Shown here one piece after another: positions 58,900 to 64,000 of a stretch of DNA of 64,000 bases (positions are counted from its first letter, which is position 1; every line of letters starts with the position of its first letter). Source of the DNA: Bdellovibrionales bacterium RIFOXYD12_FULL_39_22 (GTDB lineage Bacteria > Bdellovibrionota > Bacteriovoracia > Bacteriovoracales > Bacteriovoracaceae); contig MEQL01000049.1 of assembly GCA_001770205.1 (NCBI GenBank), forward strand, positions 1-64,000, read 5' to 3'. Position numbers and translations under genes: made by a program. The notes beneath the pieces are model-generated. The model did no database searches, was not told the DNA's origin, and saw only the letters and a program-made list of their open reading frames with translations.

Positions 58900-60012
58900 T
58901 CAGCGTAATTTGCGGTTAAAAAAGAAAAAATAAGTAAGAAAAAGCGTAAAAGCAAGGGGGATGACAAAAATTGCTATATGTGCCTCAATCTTGGCATTTT
59001 TACCAATCTCTTGAAAATATGAATTACCCAACCAATAAAAAAGAGTAAAAACAAAAACGAAAATCGCACTTTTTCCAAAAGAACTATTTCTTCGTCCGGG
59101 ATTAAAAAGACTGGTAGAGGCAACTACTGCCAAAATTATACAAATAAATGCGTTAGCATACGTTTGTAAGTAATCAACTTCGTACTCCGCTGCATTAATT
59201 CCAGATCTTTTTAGACGTGCCACGTAACTGCCTAATTCAAAAACATTTAAAGTAGTAATATCAGAATCGATACGCTTGAAATCATCGGGTGTTTCATCTA
59301 AAGAAACGGCCACTGTTTCGGCAAAAATTTCGCGCGGAAAATCTGCAGTCTCCAACAGATCTATTGTTGTGGCATTTTTTAGATCCCAGATATTTTTGCT
59401 TCTATAAATGGCCTTTTCCGCATCTATCTGTTTAGTTACTTTGTAATTGTCATTGAAAAAGTAGATGGATAAGTTATTAAGCGTATTGGCCTGCTTATCT
59501 ATAGTGGAAAATGCAAAATAATAATTAAGACTCTTATACCAGATATTCCCTCTTCCCCCACGAATAGTGCTAGTCTTCAACCCCTTTCCTTTTAAATTTC
59601 TAAATTTTTCATCGCCATCAGGAATAAGAAATTCTCTATACCGCTTAGAGAAGGGAACAACATATCCAGAAACAAAAAATTGCAATCCTCCTACAAAAAA
59701 GGAACAAAAAATTATAGTTGTAACAAACTGTCGTCGAGAAAATCCTCCGGCAAAGATAGCAGTAAGCTCATTGCGATTTTTTAACTTATTTATACTAAAC
59801 AGGGAAGCAACCAAACAAGAGATTGGTAAAACTTGGGTGATAAATCCCGGAAGTTCAATTAAATAGTTTAAAAAAACTTCCTGTGTAGTTACGTTGGTGC
59901 GCATCATGCCGCCTAATAAATTTCCCACCGATAAGATTAAAAAAAGAATAAATGCGGCCGCAAAAAAAATTTTAAACCACTCCAAGACAATAAGACGTTT
60001 AATAATACCCAT
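58900..60012 (-). CDS. lptG: LptF/LptG family LPS export permease
   Basis: LPISCLVASLF..LKNRNELTAIFAGGFS; 3+3 TM arrangement. Confidence 0.82.
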   Translation of the reverse strand: MGIIKRLIVLEWFKIFFAAAFILFLILSVGNLLGGMMRTNVTTQEVFLNYLIELPGFITQVLPISCLVASLFSINKLKNRNELTAIFAGGFSRRQFVTTIIFCSFFVGGLQFFVSGYVVPFSKRYREFLIPDGDEKFRNLKGKGLKTSTIRGGRGNIWYKSLNYYFAFSTIDKQANTLNNLSIYFFNDNYKVTKQIDAEKAIYRSKNIWDLKNATTIDLLETADFPREIFAETVAVSLDETPDDFKRIDSDITTLNVFELGSYVARLKRSGINAAEYEVDYLQTYANAFICIILAVVASTSLFNPGRRNSSFGKSAIFVFVFTLFYWLGNSYFQEIGKNAKIEAHIAIFVIPLAFTLFLTYFFFFNRKLR

Positions 60013-60013
60013 A

Positions 60014-60745
60014 CTACTTGCCACCACTCCGCACGAAACGGTGCGCTTTCGCCAATCCTGACAAAATCGGGCGAAGTGTTGCCGTAATAATTATATTTAA
60101 AATTTTTGATTTTCCACAAAGGCGAAGAAATAATGGAGATAAGTAATTGTAATAGACTTCTACAAAAATAAATCCAGGCCTATATGTAACAATTTCTTCT
60201 TTAAAATTTCGCAGCTCTTCTACCACCGGATGGCCTTCATCACCAAAACAGTGAGTGGCCACAAAACATGATTTTGAATCAACCTGAATCTGCTCATATG
60301 CCGCTTGAAAAAGCTTGGGATTGTAGGCCATTTTTTTATTAATAAACTTTTTTAACATTTTTGAATTGATGTATTGAAATTTAAAGCCTAGAGAGAATTT
60401 TACAAATTGATCTAAACATCGTTTTGTTTCCGCCTGTAGTCTACTACTTCGATCATAGGCCTTGGCCAAGCCCCAGTAAACCTGACTTATCATTAGAATT
60501 TCGGCCATCTCTTTTTCCAAATTAAAAAGTGATGGTTTAAGTTCTGCCTCTTTTGTTCTATAAAATTTTGCCAAGATATTCAAATAATCCAAATATCCTT
60601 CTACCGCCTTGGGAATGTTGTCTTGCTGGTTGTGTTGTTGGGCCAATCGCAAAGTTTGTAATCTTTTGCGATAAAGTGCCATGACCGCATCTGATCGTCG
60701 CTCTTCCGGCCTATCACCATTTTTTTTCTCATCCTTTTTGGCCAT
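60014..60745 (-). CDS. Helical hypothetical protein with CFI-box-CTERM-like C-terminus
   Basis: CFVATHCFG..VEELRNFKE..FVEVYY..SP. Confidence 0.75.
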   Translation of the reverse strand: MAKKDEKKNGDRPEERRSDAVMALYRKRLQTLRLAQQHNQQDNIPKAVEGYLDYLNILAKFYRTKEAELKPSLFNLEKEMAEILMISQVYWGLAKAYDRSSRLQAETKRCLDQFVKFSLGFKFQYINSKMLKKFINKKMAYNPKLFQAAYEQIQVDSKSCFVATHCFGDEGHPVVEELRNFKEEIVTYRPGFIFVEVYYNYLSPLFLRLCGKSKILNIIITATLRPILSGLAKAHRFVRSGGK

Positions 60746-60747
60746 AA

Positions 60748-61662
60748 TTAAAATCTCATCGAAATAGAAAAAGCAGTTTCTTGTAGATCCATTTTTTCAC
60801 TATCAACTTTTGTGCTTTCAGTAAAAGTGCTATTTTTCATTGATAACTCTAGAACTAATCTTGGCTGCACCCAGCCAACGCCAACACCATTTCCCGAAGA
60901 TGAGTCGCGCCTATTGTTAAACATTCCAAAACGAAGAAAGAAGTCCGAAAAAATTTTAAACTGAATAGCGGCAGCAGCAAATGCACTGTTTTTGAAATTT
61001 TGTGAATAATCTGCTCCACCATCTAACATCAAGGAAATAAAACCCGCATAAAGATACTGCACACCAACTGCCGCAAAACGGTCTCCTGGGCGCTCTTTAA
61101 ACGGATCTACCAATAACAATCCCAGAGATAGCGCATCAGATACAACATGTGTTATTCCAAAAGTAAATTGCTTATAAGTTTGCTTGGTGATGTTATCAGC
61201 GCTATCTTCTCGATTTCTTTCCTTAGTAACTTTATAAGCAACACCAAAAGCAGATTGAGGAGAAAAATTGGCCGCAACTGAAAGTGCATAACGTTCTCTT
61301 TGACTAAAATCAAAAATATTTTTTTGATAACTTGCAGAACCTTTTAATGCACTACTTGCATCAGAAATAATAAACGCACTCTGTTCGGGATCTGGAGGAT
61401 TTGAAGTAAAACGAGTTTCATCGCGATTAGCGAAAGAGGCGGAACTTGCCTGATAATACAGTGAGGTGACATTAAAAAAAGCAATAGGTGCAGGATTCAA
61501 AATTGTTGCCTCATCCATTAAAATTGAGCCAACCCCGGCCCCTGCAGTAGATTTTAGCCTAGTTGTCTCATCGTTATAATAGGTGACTGCAAAGGACAAG
61601 TTTGTTGTTGTAGAAATAATTGTTAATACAAAAAATAAAAGGTATATTTTCTTACTATACAT
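60748..61662 (-). CDS. Probable outer-membrane beta-barrel protein
   Basis: Signal peptide, STAGAGVG..LNPA, C-terminal SISMRF. Confidence 0.75.
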   Translation of the reverse strand: MYSKKIYLLFFVLTIISTTTNLSFAVTYYNDETTRLKSTAGAGVGSILMDEATILNPAPIAFFNVTSLYYQASSASFANRDETRFTSNPPDPEQSAFIISDASSALKGSASYQKNIFDFSQRERYALSVAANFSPQSAFGVAYKVTKERNREDSADNITKQTYKQFTFGITHVVSDALSLGLLLVDPFKERPGDRFAAVGVQYLYAGFISLMLDGGADYSQNFKNSAFAAAAIQFKIFSDFFLRFGMFNNRRDSSSGNGVGVGWVQPRLVLELSMKNSTFTESTKVDSEKMDLQETAFSISMRF

Positions 61663-61722
61663 GCTAATAATCGCCTCTATATTTAGGACAAACTAATCCG
61701 ACGTTTATTTTAAGGGTTGAAA

Positions 61723-62820
61723 ATGAAAATAGAAAGTTTATTTCACAAAAAATTACTTAAAAGTTCCCTCATCACCATTTTATTTCTATCCAAGCTGTCT
61801 CTTTGGGCGGCAATCCCTACCGTCGACGCTCTTTTTAGAAACAGCAACAATGCCGATCTGACAGGTAATTTAGTCAAGGCAAAACTCATTATTCGAGAGG
61901 CCAAGGAGAGCGAGACTGCCGGATCCGCAATGTCAAACGAAACGACAGCATCTGGCAGTGCCAGCGTCACTTCAAATGCCTCTTCCTTAGCAACAACTCC
62001 GTATTATTTTGAATTTATTTTTTCTGTTGCCGAGGGACGAATGGAAGTTTTACAGTTGGAATTTAGTCGCCCCTCGATGGAAAGTCGCTCTCTAAAAAAA
62101 GTCACCTACCTTCCCAACTTGCTCAAACGAATTAAAGAAGATGATCAAATTGTTAGCAGCTCATTTTACTCACTTTTAATGTCACTGGCGCTAAACGATT
62201 CTTCGGGGATGATGGCAACCATTTCTAAAATTCTACCTGGCCAGCAAAATAATCGACAATTATTAAATGAGAAAAAAGTCGAACTCTTAAAAAAATACCA
62301 GTCCTACTTAAGCGCCATTAAAAATGACCCTTCCAAAGAAGCAGATTTGCCCAACCCTATGCGCCCAGAAAATCCAGAAGAAATGGAGACGGTAAAATCT
62401 ATTCTTAAAGAAAATATGTATCTAACGGAAAGCAGCGTCAAAACCGTAAAATCTGATGACCAATTCTTTTGGCAAATAAGTGCAGAAGGACTTTCTGCTC
62501 TTTTTTATCAAGACACTCACCGCTTAAGAGCGTTCTCTGCCTCTTTAAATTCTAAAAGTGTTATCATCGATTGTGGAGAATACACGCTTTTTGACACTAT
62601 TCACGAAATGCCAAAAATTATTTTAATTACAAAGGTAGACGAGAATCGCAAAGTAGAAATTTCTATTAATTCCTTAAGTAACTCTACAGATAAAAATAAA
62701 AAATTTTATGATCGATACAAAGAATATAAGGAACTAGAAGATAAATTACTCAATCCAAAAGGACATAGGCCCATACAAGAAGATATCGATCGATCTCTTT
62801 TGGAAAATTTAATTTATTAG
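61723..62820 (+). CDS. Secreted hypothetical protein
   Basis: Long ORF with signal peptide ending LWA. Confidence 0.75.
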   Translation: MKIESLFHKKLLKSSLITILFLSKLSLWAAIPTVDALFRNSNNADLTGNLVKAKLIIREAKESETAGSAMSNETTASGSASVTSNASSLATTPYYFEFIFSVAEGRMEVLQLEFSRPSMESRSLKKVTYLPNLLKRIKEDDQIVSSSFYSLLMSLALNDSSGMMATISKILPGQQNNRQLLNEKKVELLKKYQSYLSAIKNDPSKEADLPNPMRPENPEEMETVKSILKENMYLTESSVKTVKSDDQFFWQISAEGLSALFYQDTHRLRAFSASLNSKSVIIDCGEYTLFDTIHEMPKIILITKVDENRKVEISINSLSNSTDKNKKFYDRYKEYKELEDKLLNPKGHRPIQEDIDRSLLENLIY

Positions 62821-62840
62821 AGCTGCTTTGGAGAGAACGA

Positions 62841-64000
62841 TTGTCCACACTTAAATACTGCGAGGTTACTCTTCGTTGTCCATTAAACAGCTCAATCCTT
62901 CTGTATTCATATCCAGAAGAAAGTGACTTCTCCTCTCTGTTAGCAACGGGTGTTGTCGTAGTTGCTCCTCTCAAGGGAGGCAGAACGCGCGCCGTCGTTT
63001 TACGTGCAGGCCTTAGCAAAGACGATTTTCCAGAATCAGAATTTGAAATTAAAGATCTCTTTGGCCTTGACCCTACTAATTTTGTAATCTCCACCACGGA
63101 ATTAGAAATCTATCAATGGATTTCACGTTATTATCACTATGATTTGGGGTTTTTAATTTTTGAAACGATCCCTAGCGCAATGGAGCGTCCTCGCAAGCTG
63201 AAATTTTCTCAGGGAAAAGGCCAGCCGCTTCCACATCCACTATCTTGGGCGCAATCAAATGTCGTAAATACAATTGAAAAAAAACTAACACTTGGACATT
63301 CGAAGTGGTTAATCCATGGAGTAACAGGAAGTGGGAAGACATATATCTATCTTGAGTTGATAAAAACAACTCTGGCCCAAGGATTTTCGGTTCTTTTTCT
63401 TCTGCCAGAAATAAATCTCACTCCACAGTTTATTGAAACCTTTGTTCAATACACCAATGTCCCAATCTATTCTTACAACAGCAGCATCAGCGAATCTGAT
63501 CGCTTTGGCCTTTGGCGACTTTTGCAAGAAGATGAAACTCCCAAATTAATTATTGGAGTTCGCAGCTCTGTCTTTCTTCCTGTAAAAAAACTTGGACTAA
63601 TTATTCTGGACGAAGAGCACGATCAATCTTTTAAACAAGAAGATCGCTGTCCTTATAGCGCGCGTGATGTGGCGCTAAAAAAAGGTAGCATTTTAAACAT
63701 CCCCGTCATTATGGGTTCGGCCACTCCCTCTATAGAGGTATTGCATAAATTTCTAACCGACAAGGCCTTTTTGCCCAACTACTTTCGCTTGAATGAACGA
63801 GTCTCTGGAGCTGCGCTGCCACAAATTTCTATTATAGATTCAAAGACTAATAAAACAAATGAATTTGATTCCACAATATGGCCTTTTAATAAAAACAGTA
63901 TTGACAAAATTAGTAGCGCTCTAGAGAAAAACGAGCAGGTTTTAGTTTTTATGAATAGCTTAGGTTATGCTACATTTTTTCAATGTAGAAGCTGTGGCCA
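62841..64000 (+). CDS. priA: Primosomal helicase PriA (partial, runs off the right edge; absent from ORF track)
   Basis: GGAGAG RBS then TTG; in-frame HGVTGSGKT, LPEINLTPQ, DEEHD, MGSATPS, first CxxC. Confidence 0.95.
   Translation, partial: MSTLKYCEVTLRCPLNSSILLYSYPEESDFSSLLATGVVVVAPLKGGRTRAVVLRAGLSKDDFPESEFEIKDLFGLDPTNFVISTTELEIYQWISRYYHYDLGFLIFETIPSAMERPRKLKFSQGKGQPLPHPLSWAQSNVVNTIEKKLTLGHSKWLIHGVTGSGKTYIYLELIKTTLAQGFSVLFLLPEINLTPQFIETFVQYTNVPIYSYNSSISESDRFGLWRLLQEDETPKLIIGVRSSVFLPVKKLGLIILDEEHDQSFKQEDRCPYSARDVALKKGSILNIPVIMGSATPSIEVLHKFLTDKAFLPNYFRLNERVSGAALPQISIIDSKTNKTNEFDSTIWPFNKNSIDKISSALEKNEQVLVFMNSLGYATFFQCRSCG

Overview
Low-GC bacterial chromosome segment. Gene content (dnaX-ybaB-recR-mglB-mglA next to rsmH-ftsL-ftsI-murE-murF, HD-GYP-like protein, many secreted proteins) suggests a Bdellovibrionota (Bacteriovorax-like) organism; this is inference. 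Bases 1-6600 are a decaying accessory island. Its most unusual feature is a co-oriented array of short, unrelated minus-strand genes separated by a conserved 123-bp hairpin-containing repeat (three full copies, one truncated, one possible half-site). The layout resembles an integron cassette array, but the repeat lacks canonical attC R-boxes and no integrase is visible. A pseudogenised IS110-family element with a candidate bridge/seek RNA sits at the edge of one repeat. The island also holds a wHTH pseudogene and an AbiE-like pair with a dead toxin. The rest is mostly core genome: xdhAB, scpAB, a sensor kinase, two modular surface lipoprotein paralogues (one with an in-frame stop and a Thr-Ala microsatellite), an RND permease, tRNA-fMet, SRP RNA, dnaX with an A10 slippery site, a dcw cluster ending at murF, an lptG-like/ArnT/def/fmt/rpe/hutH/hutU operon and a partial priA. 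GGCC looks strongly over-represented in core genes. All calls come from reading motifs by eye; no searches were run.
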